From contig CAVTHK010000001.1 of the NCBI GenBank assembly GCA_963734495.1, positions 736,001 to 800,000 of the forward strand: a stretch of 64,000 bases of DNA, in the 5' to 3' direction. This DNA is from an uncultured Spirochaetota bacterium. GTDB lineage: Bacteria > Spirochaetota > Spirochaetia > SZUA-6 > CAVTHK01. Shown in pieces: positions 18,815 through 28,292 of the stretch. The translations under genes and the position numbers were made by a program. The number at the start of each line of letters is the position of its first letter. Positions within the stretch are counted from its first letter, which is position 1. The notes under the pieces were generated by a model that saw only the letters and a program-made list of their open reading frames with translations, did no database searches and was not told the DNA's origin.

Positions 18815-19762
18815 ATGAACGCATCGTTTCTCTCATTCGAAATCGTCGGGCACGCGATCGCCACCGCGACCTTCATCATCTTCCTCGTCTATGTGCTCGG
18901 GAGTCGTCGGGTGCTGCGGAGGACTACGCGCCGCGCGGCTGCCGTCTACTGGGCGCTGCTCGTGGTCGGCGCCATTGCCACCGCCACCAACCTTACGCGG
19001 CTGGTGACCGTGGTCAGGGGCGGGAGCGGGATGCCCATTTCGCTCCTGGACGTGGCTTCCGAGTACGGGACCATGATCGCCCTGAGCCTGGTCATCGTGC
19101 TCCTGATCGGGCTGAGGGTGATTGCAGAGCGCCGCGAGCTGAGGCCCTGGCGCATCCTCGTCATCGGCGCCCACCCGGACGACATCGAGATCGCCTGCGG
19201 CGCTTCGATGGCGCGCCTGCACGACAGCGGTCACATCATCTGGGGTGTCATCATGACCCAGGGGGAGCGCGGCGGCAACGTCGCGATCCGGCCGGCGGAG
19301 GCGCACAGGGGCGCGAGCTTCCTCGGCCTCGACCAGGTGAAGGTGCAGGGCTTTCCCGACACCCGCCTGTCCGAGGCGTCGACCGGCATGATCGCCGTGA
19401 TCGAGGAGCAGATCGCGTCCCTCAAGCCCGACATGATCTTCACGCACTCGTTTCACGACCTGCACCAGGACCATCGGGCCGTCCACGAGGCGACGCTCAG
19501 GGCGGCGCGCAACCACACCACGATCTTCTGCTACGAGAGCCCGTCGGTCACACCCGATTTCGCGCCGACGGTATTTGTCGACGTGAGCGAATACGTCGAC
19601 GTGAAGGTCGAGAGCATCAAGGAACACTGGGACCAGCGCGGCAAACCGTACGTGCAGGGCGAACGGGTGGAGGGCATCGCGATCTTCCGCGGCGCACAGG
19701 CCAAGCTCCGCCACGCCGAGGCCTTCGAGGTCGTCCGCGCCAACTTCGCGAGCCTCGGGTAG
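18815..19762 (+). CDS. PIG-L/LmbE family de-N-acetylase with ~3 N-terminal TM helices
   Basis: IGAHPDDIE, TQGERGG, HQDH, CYES motifs; hydrophobic N-terminal ~105 aa. Confidence 0.88.
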   Translation: MNASFLSFEIVGHAIATATFIIFLVYVLGSRRVLRRTTRRAAAVYWALLVVGAIATATNLTRLVTVVRGGSGMPISLLDVASEYGTMIALSLVIVLLIGLRVIAERRELRPWRILVIGAHPDDIEIACGASMARLHDSGHIIWGVIMTQGERGGNVAIRPAEAHRGASFLGLDQVKVQGFPDTRLSEASTGMIAVIEEQIASLKPDMIFTHSFHDLHQDHRAVHEATLRAARNHTTIFCYESPSVTPDFAPTVFVDVSEYVDVKVESIKEHWDQRGKPYVQGERVEGIAIFRGAQAKLRHAEAFEVVRANFASLG

Positions 19763-19766
19763 CGCC

Positions 19767-20633
19767 GTGGCGAGGATCCTGGTTACAGGGATCGGTGGGC
19801 CTGCCGGAAGGAACGTCGCCGCTCTGCTCGGTGCGCGAGGCCATGAAGTCGTGGGCGCGGACGCGCGAGAGGTCTCGGTGGACGGAGCTCGCTCGGTGCG
19901 CGTCCCGCTCGCGGGCGACCCGCTCTTTGTGAAAGATCTGGCGCGGGTGGCGGCGTGTGAGAGTGTGGACCTGCTCATCCCTACGGTCACGGAAGAGCTG
20001 CCGATCATCGCCGAGCGATGGAGTCTCTTCTCCCGGATTCCGGCCATGATCGGCCCCGCGGCAGCAGTTCGCACGGCCCACGACAAGTATCTGACCGCCC
20101 GCAGCCTCGCGGAGCGCGGGGTGAGCGTTCCCCGCACCTGCCTGCCGTCCGAAGTGCGCTCGCCCCGCGCGGTGGCCGATCGGCTGGGGTGGCCCTGCCT
20201 GAGCAAGCCCCGCGTCGGCCGGGGCGGCAGGGGGGTGGCGGTCTGGAAGGAGACGGACTGGACCTCGGTTGCCGCCCTGGACGACAGGTCCATCCTGCAG
20301 GAGTTCCTGCCCGGCACCGACTACTGCCCCAACCTGTTCGTCGGCAGAGCGCCCGGGTCCCGGGCGGTCGTCGTTGTGATGGAGAAGACTGAGCTCAAAG
20401 AAGGGATCGTCGGAAACGCGGTTTCCGTGCGGCGAGCGGCGGCGCCCGATGTGGCGGCCCTCGCCTCCGCGGCCGCCGCAGCGCTTGGATTCGTCGGGCC
20501 TCTCGATGTGGACGTCCGGCGGAACGCCGAAGGGAGACCGGCGGTCCTGGAGATCAACGCGCGCTTCGGGGCGAATATAGCCTTCGCCCCGGAGATCCTG
20601 GACGCGGCGCTCGCCGACTGGGGTGTCGAGTGA
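19767..20633 (+). CDS. ATP-grasp domain ligase
   Basis: ILVTGIGGPAG, IPTVTEEL, DKY, KPRVGRGGRGV, QEFLPG, LEINARFG. Confidence 0.88.
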   Translation: MARILVTGIGGPAGRNVAALLGARGHEVVGADAREVSVDGARSVRVPLAGDPLFVKDLARVAACESVDLLIPTVTEELPIIAERWSLFSRIPAMIGPAAAVRTAHDKYLTARSLAERGVSVPRTCLPSEVRSPRAVADRLGWPCLSKPRVGRGGRGVAVWKETDWTSVAALDDRSILQEFLPGTDYCPNLFVGRAPGSRAVVVVMEKTELKEGIVGNAVSVRRAAAPDVAALASAAAAALGFVGPLDVDVRRNAEGRPAVLEINARFGANIAFAPEILDAALADWGVE

Positions 20634-21856
20634 CGAATGTCCTGTTCGCGGTCTTCGCCGTCGTCTCCTTGACGTGTTTCTCCGTGGGCGTCCTCACGCT
20701 GATCTACTATCCCCTGGCCATCGCCTTCGTGCTGCGTCGCCGGCGACCGCCCGTGTTCGAGACCGGAACGCCGCTCGTCTCCATAGTCGTTCCGGCCTAC
20801 AACGAGGCAAAGGTGATCCGCGCGTGCGTGGACTCGATCCTCGCGTCTTCCTACGCGAACCGGGAGCTGATCCTTGTCGACGATGGGTCCAGGGACGGCA
20901 CACTCGCAGAGATGCGCAGATACGCCGGCACGCTCGGAGTCACGGTGATCAGCAAGGAGAACGGGGGCAAAGCCGCGGCGCTGAACTCGGGGCTCGCTCT
21001 CGCGAAGGGCGAGATCGTCGTGTTCGTCGACGCCGACGGCATCTTTGCCCCGGACACGATCACGGAGATCCTCAAAGGCTTCGAAGACGAAAAGATCGGA
21101 GCGGTGTGCGGGAGCGATTCGCCTGCGAACCTCGATACGCTTCTCTCCCGGCTGGCAAGCCTTCAGACTCACGTAGGTACGGGGTTTGCCCGACGGGCGC
21201 TCGCCCAGATTGACTGCCTGCCCATCGTGTCGGGAAACATCGGTGCATTTCGACGCAGCGTCCTCGCGCGTACCGGACCCTTCCTCGAGGGCTTCATCGG
21301 GGAGGACCTCGAGCTCACCTGGCGGGTGCACAAGGCAGGCTACGGGGTCGCGTTCCAGCCGTGGGCCAGGGTGCGCGCCGAGACTCCATCCACGCTTCGC
21401 GGGCTGTGGAAGCAGCGCGTGCGCTGGGCGCGGGGCCTGGTGCAGACCGTGCGCATCCACCGTCGGATGCTGTTCAACCCGCGGTACGGCGTCTTCGGCA
21501 TCTACCTCGGCATCAATGCGGTGAGCATGCTCCTCGTCCCCGTCCTCCAGCTCGTCTCCATCGTCATTCTCCCCATCCTCGCCGTGCAGCAGAACAGCCC
21601 GGTCCCGGTCAACACCCTCGGGATCGTCGGGTGGCTCGGTCTCGGCTTCGCTCTCGTGGCGACGCTGTTTTCGCTCGCCCTGGACAGGGCCTGGCGGGAT
21701 CTCCGCCTCGTCTACGTCACGCCCCTCTGGATCCTGTACTCGTGGTTCATGGACGCCGTCGCGCTGTGGGCCATCGTGCTCGAGCTGCGCGGCAGGAAGG
21801 CCACGTGGGATAAGCTCGAGCGGACGGGCGTGATCAGCAAGGGAACGGGCCCGTGA
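20630..21856 (+). CDS. Processive GT2 polysaccharide synthase (PgaC/IcaA-like)
   Basis: PAYNE, DDGS, GGKAAALN, DAD, GED, QRVRW; N- and C-terminal TM helices; GTGA overlap. Confidence 0.9.
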   Translation: MTNVLFAVFAVVSLTCFSVGVLTLIYYPLAIAFVLRRRRPPVFETGTPLVSIVVPAYNEAKVIRACVDSILASSYANRELILVDDGSRDGTLAEMRRYAGTLGVTVISKENGGKAAALNSGLALAKGEIVVFVDADGIFAPDTITEILKGFEDEKIGAVCGSDSPANLDTLLSRLASLQTHVGTGFARRALAQIDCLPIVSGNIGAFRRSVLARTGPFLEGFIGEDLELTWRVHKAGYGVAFQPWARVRAETPSTLRGLWKQRVRWARGLVQTVRIHRRMLFNPRYGVFGIYLGINAVSMLLVPVLQLVSIVILPILAVQQNSPVPVNTLGIVGWLGLGFALVATLFSLALDRAWRDLRLVYVTPLWILYSWFMDAVALWAIVLELRGRKATWDKLERTGVISKGTGP

Positions 21857-22938
21857 GGCACGCCGCGATAGCGCTCGCCGGCCTTCTCGTCGTGGCGTTT
21901 CGACCGCCTCTCGCCGGCTGCGACCCTGCCGGGCCCCCGATCAGGGCCGTGAGACTGGACTACAGGAACATGGCCCGCAGCCTGTCCGAGGTCGATAACC
22001 TGGAAAAGAGGATGCTCGCCGCAGGCGTGAACACTGTCGCTCTCGGCGCCGGCAGGGTGGACTGGACGTACTTCAAGTGGCGCGGGCAGCGGGGCTGGTG
22101 GTCGAGCGACGTGCGCGATACGGCAGTGGACTTCCTGGCCCGCGACGTCAAGCGCTTCGGGAAGTGGGCGGCGGTCGACGCCGTGGTCGACGTGCTGGCG
22201 CCGCGCTACATCGCCGCGCACCCAGAGGCGGCGGCAGTCTCCTGGCAGGGCGAGCGCAGCACCAGCCTCGTCAGCACCGCGCAGCTCGTTGACGGTGAGT
22301 TCGGGAACCTGCTGGTGGCCATGGTCGAGTACATAGCAGCCAACTACGCCGTCACCTCGATCTCGCTCACCGAGCTTGACTACCACCGGGAGGGCTACGG
22401 CGACGATGACAAGCTCTCGTACGCCCGGTTTACGGGCCGGACGGACTGGCCGCGCAGCGCCGACGGGACCATCAACGTCGACGACCTTTCCATCGGCGCG
22501 TGGCGTTCCTATGAGATCGGGCGTTTCGTGTCGCGGGCGGCAGCTGCGGCGCGTGCCCACGGGAGAAAGCTCTACGTCGATGTCCTGGTGCCTTGGGACC
22601 AGCTCGATCGCGGCGTAGCCTCGCACGGCCAGGACTACTCAGTGCTCCTGCAGTCGGCGGATCGGCTCATCGTGTGGGACTACTTCGGCCTGTCGGGCCA
22701 CCCGCCCGAGTACACGGTCGAGATTGCGCGCTCCCTGCGTCCGCTCGGCCCGGATCGGATCATCCTGTCCGTGGGGCTCTGGCCCCAGCAGGGCGACCCG
22801 GTCTCCCCCAGCGCGATGGGCACGGCCCTGCTGTCGGCGCGTGCCGAAGGCATTACGAACCAGTGGGTCACCCCCAGCAGGCTCTTCAGCGAAGCGCACT
22901 GGCGGGCCCTGGCCGACGTCTGGGCAAAGGCGCGCTGA
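21853..22938 (+). CDS. Putative lipoprotein, TIM-barrel glycoside-hydrolase-like (GHL10/DUF4015-like)
   Basis: Lipobox-like LAGC; GVNTVAL, ISLTELDY, GQDY, IVWDY pattern; GTGA overlap with the GT2. Confidence 0.6.
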   Translation: MRHAAIALAGLLVVAFRPPLAGCDPAGPPIRAVRLDYRNMARSLSEVDNLEKRMLAAGVNTVALGAGRVDWTYFKWRGQRGWWSSDVRDTAVDFLARDVKRFGKWAAVDAVVDVLAPRYIAAHPEAAAVSWQGERSTSLVSTAQLVDGEFGNLLVAMVEYIAANYAVTSISLTELDYHREGYGDDDKLSYARFTGRTDWPRSADGTINVDDLSIGAWRSYEIGRFVSRAAAAARAHGRKLYVDVLVPWDQLDRGVASHGQDYSVLLQSADRLIVWDYFGLSGHPPEYTVEIARSLRPLGPDRIILSVGLWPQQGDPVSPSAMGTALLSARAEGITNQWVTPSRLFSEAHWRALADVWAKAR

Positions 22939-22954
22939 GGCGGCGCGGCGCCCG

Positions 22955-23347
22955 CTATTCGATCAGGCAGTCCGCTTCGACCTCAACGAGCCACTCTTTC
23001 TGAACGAGGCCTGAGACTTCGACGAACGTCGATGCGGGGCGGATCCCTGCAAAGAACTCCCCGTGCGCCCGCGCGGCTTCCTCCCAGCGCGAGATGTCGC
23101 GCAGCATCACCCGCGTCCTCACGACGTCCGACAGCGACGCCCCGGCCTTCTCGATCGAGGCCTGAATGATCTGCAGGCACCGTCGGGTCTGCCCGTAGAC
23201 ATCCCCGGGGCACGCGACGGTACCGTCGTCGGCTATCGGGGCGGTGCCCGCGACCGCAACCCAGTTCCCGACTCGAACGGCACGGGAGAACCCGATGGGC
23301 TTCTCGTACGGTGAACCCGAAGAGATCAACCGCCTCGACATCGTCAT
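22955..23347 (-). CDS. RidA/YjgF/UK114 family protein
   Basis: SSGSPYEKPIGFSRAVRVG, VVRTR, RPAST, LVEVEADC. Confidence 0.9.
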   Translation of the reverse strand: MTMSRRLISSGSPYEKPIGFSRAVRVGNWVAVAGTAPIADDGTVACPGDVYGQTRRCLQIIQASIEKAGASLSDVVRTRVMLRDISRWEEAARAHGEFFAGIRPASTFVEVSGLVQKEWLVEVEADCLIE

Positions 23348-23528
23348 CCCTCTCCTTCCCGAGCCAATGTACGGTTTCACCAACCCGCCGGGAATCGCCG
23401 GATTCGCGGCCCTCCGGCACGCGCCGAGACCCGCGGCACCCGGCCGGAGCACCCGCGGCGGGAGATTGCGTTGCCTCGCGTCCTGGTTTACGCTCTCACG
23501 CGTGACGAGGGGAAGAAGCGCCCCTGCT

Positions 23529-25145
23529 ATGGCAATCCTCGTGCTCTTCGCTTCGGCCGCGGCCGCGGAACAGAGCTGGGACAATCACCAGAAGATCAGG
23601 TCCCTCGACGACCCGATCTACGAGTTGATCGAGACGCTGAGCCTCGAAGCGGGGCACCCTCTGCTCTCCCAGACCCCTCCGCTCACGGATGCGCGACTTC
23701 GCTCCATCCTCGATTCGATCGACCCCGACACGCTCTCGACGGCCGGGAAAGAGGCCTGGTCGATCGTTTCGAGCGAGCTGGGCGAACGGCCCATGCTGCA
23801 GGCCCCATACTTCGGTTTCTCGACGGGAGTGCGCGCAACGCCTCAGGTGGCCTGGCGAAGTGACACGGACATCCCCTGGATCAACCGCTACGCCATCCGC
23901 CCGCCCGCCCTCGTCGCCGCGGCCGAAATCTGGTTCGGCCCGTCGGTCTATGGGTACTCCGAGCTCGATCTCGCCCACGACCCCAACGCGGTGGCAGCGG
24001 CCCCCCAGGGCGGCATCGGGCTCAATCTCATCGACATCGCGGCGCGGCCAAAGGGGATCGACGTCACGTTCCCCTTCCGTGCCTTTCTGAGCGCCGGCGG
24101 CGAGTGGTGGAACCTGTCCCTGGGAAGAGACCGGATCACGCTGGGCAGCGCCGGGGAGCGCAATCTCACGATCTCGTCGAGCCCGGAGTTCTACGATTTC
24201 GGGCGCCTGAGCCTCTTTTCTCCCGATGTCGCCTACACGTTGCTCATGATCCAGCTCGAGCCTCAGCGAAACCTCTACCTGCACCGCGTAGACTTCCGCC
24301 TCGGGGGATGGATCTCGATCGGCGTCACCGGCGCCACGCTCGTGGGCGATGCGCCGCCGGAGCTGCGCTACCTCAACCCCTTCATGATGTACCACGGCTA
24401 CATCGCGTGGGACGATTACGCCGCAGGGCACGACAACGGGGTCGGAAGCGAGTCGGGCATCGAGCTCAACATCTCGCCCGCGAAGGGTCTCGACCTGTAC
24501 GGCCAGTTCCAGTTGAACGCCATGGACGACCCGGTCAAGCGGTTCTTCTGGCCGAGCCAGGTGAGCAAGATCCCCAATTCCTTCGGAGCCCTCGCGGGCT
24601 TCAAGCTCCGCCTGCCCTTTCGCGGGGATTGGCTCCTCGCCCAGGGCACCGTGGGCTACACGACACCCTTCAACTACATCCTCACCACTCCCAGGATAAG
24701 CTACGTGTACATGAGGCCGTCTCACTCCAACTACGAAGGCGGCTCCTACAGCTCCTCCTGGATTGGAATGATCGACGGCCCGGATACGATTCTCGGAACG
24801 GTTTCCGCGGGCTACGAGAGGCCGGGCCGTTTCAGCGTCAGCCTGGACGTAACGTGGCGCGCCCGGGGCGAGAATGCCGACACCTCGATCTTCGATTGGG
24901 CGTCGACGAGCACGATCAACAACTGGAACGCTCCGGATGCGCCTCCCGGGCTTTCCAAGGAAAGAACCCCCACCGGCACGCCGGAGTACTCCTTGACCGT
25001 CGGCACGCGCGCCGGCAGCAACGTGACCGAATGGATGGAGCTCGGCGGCGCGCTCTACTGGACGGGCCGGTGGAACGCCGCTCACGAATCCGGCGCCTTC
25101 GACAACTCCGTCGAGCTGGACCTCTCGGTGACGCTGCACATCTGA
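23529..25145 (+). CDS. Outer-membrane beta-barrel protein, capsule-assembly Wzi-like (start may be TTG 23466)
   Basis: Signal peptide; GRDRITLG, LYLHRVDF, ELRYLNPFMMYH, LYGQF, GPD pattern. Confidence 0.55.
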   Translation: MAILVLFASAAAAEQSWDNHQKIRSLDDPIYELIETLSLEAGHPLLSQTPPLTDARLRSILDSIDPDTLSTAGKEAWSIVSSELGERPMLQAPYFGFSTGVRATPQVAWRSDTDIPWINRYAIRPPALVAAAEIWFGPSVYGYSELDLAHDPNAVAAAPQGGIGLNLIDIAARPKGIDVTFPFRAFLSAGGEWWNLSLGRDRITLGSAGERNLTISSSPEFYDFGRLSLFSPDVAYTLLMIQLEPQRNLYLHRVDFRLGGWISIGVTGATLVGDAPPELRYLNPFMMYHGYIAWDDYAAGHDNGVGSESGIELNISPAKGLDLYGQFQLNAMDDPVKRFFWPSQVSKIPNSFGALAGFKLRLPFRGDWLLAQGTVGYTTPFNYILTTPRISYVYMRPSHSNYEGGSYSSSWIGMIDGPDTILGTVSAGYERPGRFSVSLDVTWRARGENADTSIFDWASTSTINNWNAPDAPPGLSKERTPTGTPEYSLTVGTRAGSNVTEWMELGGALYWTGRWNAAHESGAFDNSVELDLSVTLHI

Positions 25146-25161
25146 CGCTGCACATCTGACG
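25129..25161 (+). repeat. 14-bp perfect tandem duplication spanning the stop codon
   Basis: TGACGCTGCACATC x2 followed by TGACG. Confidence 0.9.
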
Positions 25162-25286
25162 GTGATGCTCTCCGGGACGCCGCGCCGACACGGCGCCGCG
25201 GAGAGCACCCTATTCCTTGCCAAACGCAGTCCACTCCTCAATAATGCAGGCGTCTGGCCGACAGTCGGACCGTGCAGGGAGAGATC

Positions 25287-26678
25287 ATGGTCTGGAACTC
25301 CATCCCCGTTCTCATGATGGCCGCGATCACCGCGTATATCCTCCTGTACCATCTGACCAAGTTCCTGCTCCAGAAGGGGCTCGAAGACCTGTACTTCGCG
25401 CTCCTCTGCCTCTCGGTAATCCTCTACGACGTCTTCAGCATCGGGTTGTACGGTTCCACCGACGTCAGCGTCAGCATCGGGTGGCAGCGGGGCCAGCTCT
25501 TTTCCGTCTCGATGATCGCGACCTTCACGGTCTTCTTCATCTACCGGATCACCGAGACCAGGGTCAACGTCGTCTTTCCTCTGCTCGCCGGCGCATACGG
25601 CCTGCTGGGCCTGATGGCGTTCCTGCCCTTCGATTGGGTCCTCTCGGCGGGCGCCCCGATGATCCGGTCGTTCAGCCTGTTCTCGCTCCCTGTCCGCTAC
25701 TACGAGGCCAGGCCCGGCATGCTGATGAACGTGCTGTTCGTCGCGGTCTGCGTCGGCATGGCCTACGGCTACCGGCTCCTGTTCAGGTCCTATTCCGCGG
25801 GCAACCAGAAAGCGATGCTCCCGCTGATCATAGCGTTCACGCTGTTCTTCCTGACCAACATCTCCGACATGCTCAACGCTGTCGGGATCATACAGACCGT
25901 CTACCTGATCGAGTACTCGTTTCTGGCGCTTGCCCTGGTGATGGAGTATTCGCTCCTCAAGCAGTTCGTCGAGATGAACGACCAGGTGGAGTCGATGAAC
26001 GTCGTCCTCGAGCAGGAGGTGCAGAACAGGACCGGTCAGATCGAGACTCTGATCGGCCGGCTCAGCGAGAGGAACCGGGAGCTGGAGCAGACCAACCTCA
26101 GGCTCCAGGAGATCGCCGAGCGGGACAGCCTGACGGAGCTCCTCAACCACGCCGCCTTCCTCAGGCGTCTGCGCGAGATTCTCAACGAAGCCCGCAGGAA
26201 CCACTTCTCGTTCGCCGTGCTGATGTTCGACGTGGATTCCTTTAAGAGCCTGAACGATGCCTACGGGCACCTCGCGGGCGACGCGGTGCTCAAGCGGATA
26301 TCGGACGTGCTGCGGGGGCAGGCCAGAAGCTACGACGTCAAGTCGCGGCTTTCCGAGATCCAGGAGAACCTGCCCTTGCGCAACTACGACGTCGCGGGCA
26401 GGTACGGCGGAGACGAGTTTGCCCTGATACTCCCCTATTGCGGCGACGCGGAAGCCGAGATCGTGTGCGGGCGCGTCATCGCGAACATACACGCGGTCCG
26501 GCTGGAAGAGCACCCGGAGCTGCGAATCACGGTCAGCCTCGGCGGAACGGTGCTGCGAAAAGACACGGAATGCGAGAACGAACAGGCTCTGCTCAAGATA
26601 GCGGACCGCGAGCTCTATCGCTCGAAAACGGGGGGAAGGGACCGGTATCACATCGCGCCCTACCGGAAGGCGGAGTGA
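25287..26678 (+). CDS. Membrane-bound diguanylate cyclase (7TM sensor, coiled coil, GGDEF)
   Basis: ~7 TM helices, DSLTELLN, DVDSFKSLNDAYGHLAGD, RYGGDEF with RxxD I-site; TTGCCA-17-AATAAT upstream. Confidence 0.9.
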   Translation: MVWNSIPVLMMAAITAYILLYHLTKFLLQKGLEDLYFALLCLSVILYDVFSIGLYGSTDVSVSIGWQRGQLFSVSMIATFTVFFIYRITETRVNVVFPLLAGAYGLLGLMAFLPFDWVLSAGAPMIRSFSLFSLPVRYYEARPGMLMNVLFVAVCVGMAYGYRLLFRSYSAGNQKAMLPLIIAFTLFFLTNISDMLNAVGIIQTVYLIEYSFLALALVMEYSLLKQFVEMNDQVESMNVVLEQEVQNRTGQIETLIGRLSERNRELEQTNLRLQEIAERDSLTELLNHAAFLRRLREILNEARRNHFSFAVLMFDVDSFKSLNDAYGHLAGDAVLKRISDVLRGQARSYDVKSRLSEIQENLPLRNYDVAGRYGGDEFALILPYCGDAEAEIVCGRVIANIHAVRLEEHPELRITVSLGGTVLRKDTECENEQALLKIADRELYRSKTGGRDRYHIAPYRKAE

Positions 26679-26727
26679 CCCCCGCGCGGGACCTGGTGCG
26701 ACGGCCTGACGCGCGCGCCCGGCCCTC

Positions 26728-27393
26728 CTAGGACCTGACCACGAGGTTCCCCAGCTCGTTCGTGTCGTCGGGCTTGATCGGGAAGTGCGCGCGCAGGTGC
26801 TCGGCGCAGCGTGTCACGGCCCGGCAGATCGCTTCGGCGTGCTCCCTGCGGCCAAAACCCTGCGCGACGATGTCGACCACCTCCTGCCACGTTTGGGGAG
26901 GCACCTTCTCGTTGATCCCGCGGTCGGCGAGGACGCAGGCCCTGCGTTCGAAGGTCGAGATGAAGATGAGAATCCCGGTGCGATCGCGCGTGTTGGCGAC
27001 CCCTTCGCGATAGAAGCCTGTGAGAGCCGCCTCCTCGACCTCCTCCTGCATCTCCGCGTGCGTGACGAACAGGCGCCTGACCGCCGGGACGCGCTTCGCC
27101 AGCTCGTAGGCGACCAGGAACGCGAAGGCGAACACGACGGGGAAGAGCCACAGGTCGAACACGGTGAAGGCGCCCCACGGCTTGCGCAGGCTCTCGACCG
27201 TCAGCGCGGCCACCGCGATGACGAGACCTGCGATCAGGGCGCCGAGCAGGCTGGCGGCCGGGTAGTGGGAGCTCGCCGGGACGACCATCGGCACGATCTC
27301 GCCCGAAGTGGTTTTTTCCGCCTCGCCTACGCAGCGGCGGACCCGCTCCTGCTCGTCCGCGGACAGAAACGCCTTGCCTTTCTTCATGCTCAC
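26728..27393 (-). CDS. TPM domain membrane protein
   Basis: AEKTTSGEI, TRDRTGILIF, LADRGI, HFP...DDTNEL. Confidence 0.85.
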   Translation of the reverse strand: MSMKKGKAFLSADEQERVRRCVGEAEKTTSGEIVPMVVPASSHYPAASLLGALIAGLVIAVAALTVESLRKPWGAFTVFDLWLFPVVFAFAFLVAYELAKRVPAVRRLFVTHAEMQEEVEEAALTGFYREGVANTRDRTGILIFISTFERRACVLADRGINEKVPPQTWQEVVDIVAQGFGRREHAEAICRAVTRCAEHLRAHFPIKPDDTNELGNLVVRS

Positions 27394-27399
27394 CTCGGG

Positions 27400-28292
27400 C
27401 TACCAGCGACCGGAAGCCCCGCCTCCGCCGAAACCGCCGCCTCCCCCCGAGAAGCCGCCCCCGGAGGACCCGCCGGATGAGCCGCCGCCCGACGACCAGC
27501 CGCCGCCCGACCAGCCGCCGGTCGGGAACCCGCCGCCGCCGCGGTAGCGGCTGCCGCTGAAGTTGAGCAGGCTCGGCAGGAACAGCCCGGCGCCGAACCC
27601 GAGCGGCACCATTCCGAGCAGCGCGAGCCCGCCCAGCGACCAGGAGATCCGGCCGAGCAGCGGGAGGAGCGCCGCGCCCATGATGCCGCCGCCGATGCGC
27701 TTGCGGGACCCCGCCACCGCCGTCATGAACGCGAAGAGAACCGCCAGCGGCAGGAGCAGCCCGGAAGGGGCCGCGTCCTCCGACGGCAGCTTTCCCGTGC
27801 CCTGGTACTCTCCCTTGACCGCCGAGATGATGTCATCGACCCCCAGCGTGAAGCCTTCATCGAAATTCCCTTCCTTGAAGCGGGGGACGATGACCCGGTC
27901 GATGATGCGGCCGGCCAGCAGGTCGGTGAGCTTTCCTTCGAGGCCGAAGCCGACCTCGATGCGCAAGGCATGGTCGTCGCGCGAGACGAGGAGGATCGCG
28001 CCGTTGTCGTGTTCCTTGGTGCCGATCTTCCACGCTTCCGCGACCCTGATGGAGAAGCCCTCGAGATCCTCGCCCTCGAGCGAAGGGATGGTGAGCACCG
28101 CCACCTGCGTCGAGTCCGAGGCTTCGAGGGCCTCGAGCTTCGAGGAGATCGCCTGCTCGGCGGCCGCGGACATCATCTCGCCGTAGTCGTTCACGCGGCC
28201 GCGGAGGGCCGGCACGTCCAGGGCGGAGGCGACGGCCCCCGCGAGACCGAGGAGAAGAACGGCAGCGAGTCCGCGGGCCGCTTTGTTTTCAA
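27400..28292 (-). CDS. TPM domain (YgcG-like) protein with Gly-rich tail; probable 1-nt indel just after the TTG start
   Basis: [39 protein letters not shown]; the signal peptide is in frame upstream of 28215, but the TTG overlapping the lemA stop is out of frame. Confidence 0.82.

Noticed and set aside
23496-26651. 1051-aa minus-strand ORF, and similar long ORFs at 46973..50068, 4801..7497 and 57342..59888
   Set aside because: Antisense shadows of well-supported genes, expected in high-GC DNA; no recognisable motifs
27410-27545. Short GC-rich tandem repeats (CGACCAGCCGCCGCC and similar)
   Set aside because: They encode the Gly/Ser-rich tail normal for TPM proteins; not CRISPR or an independent repeat
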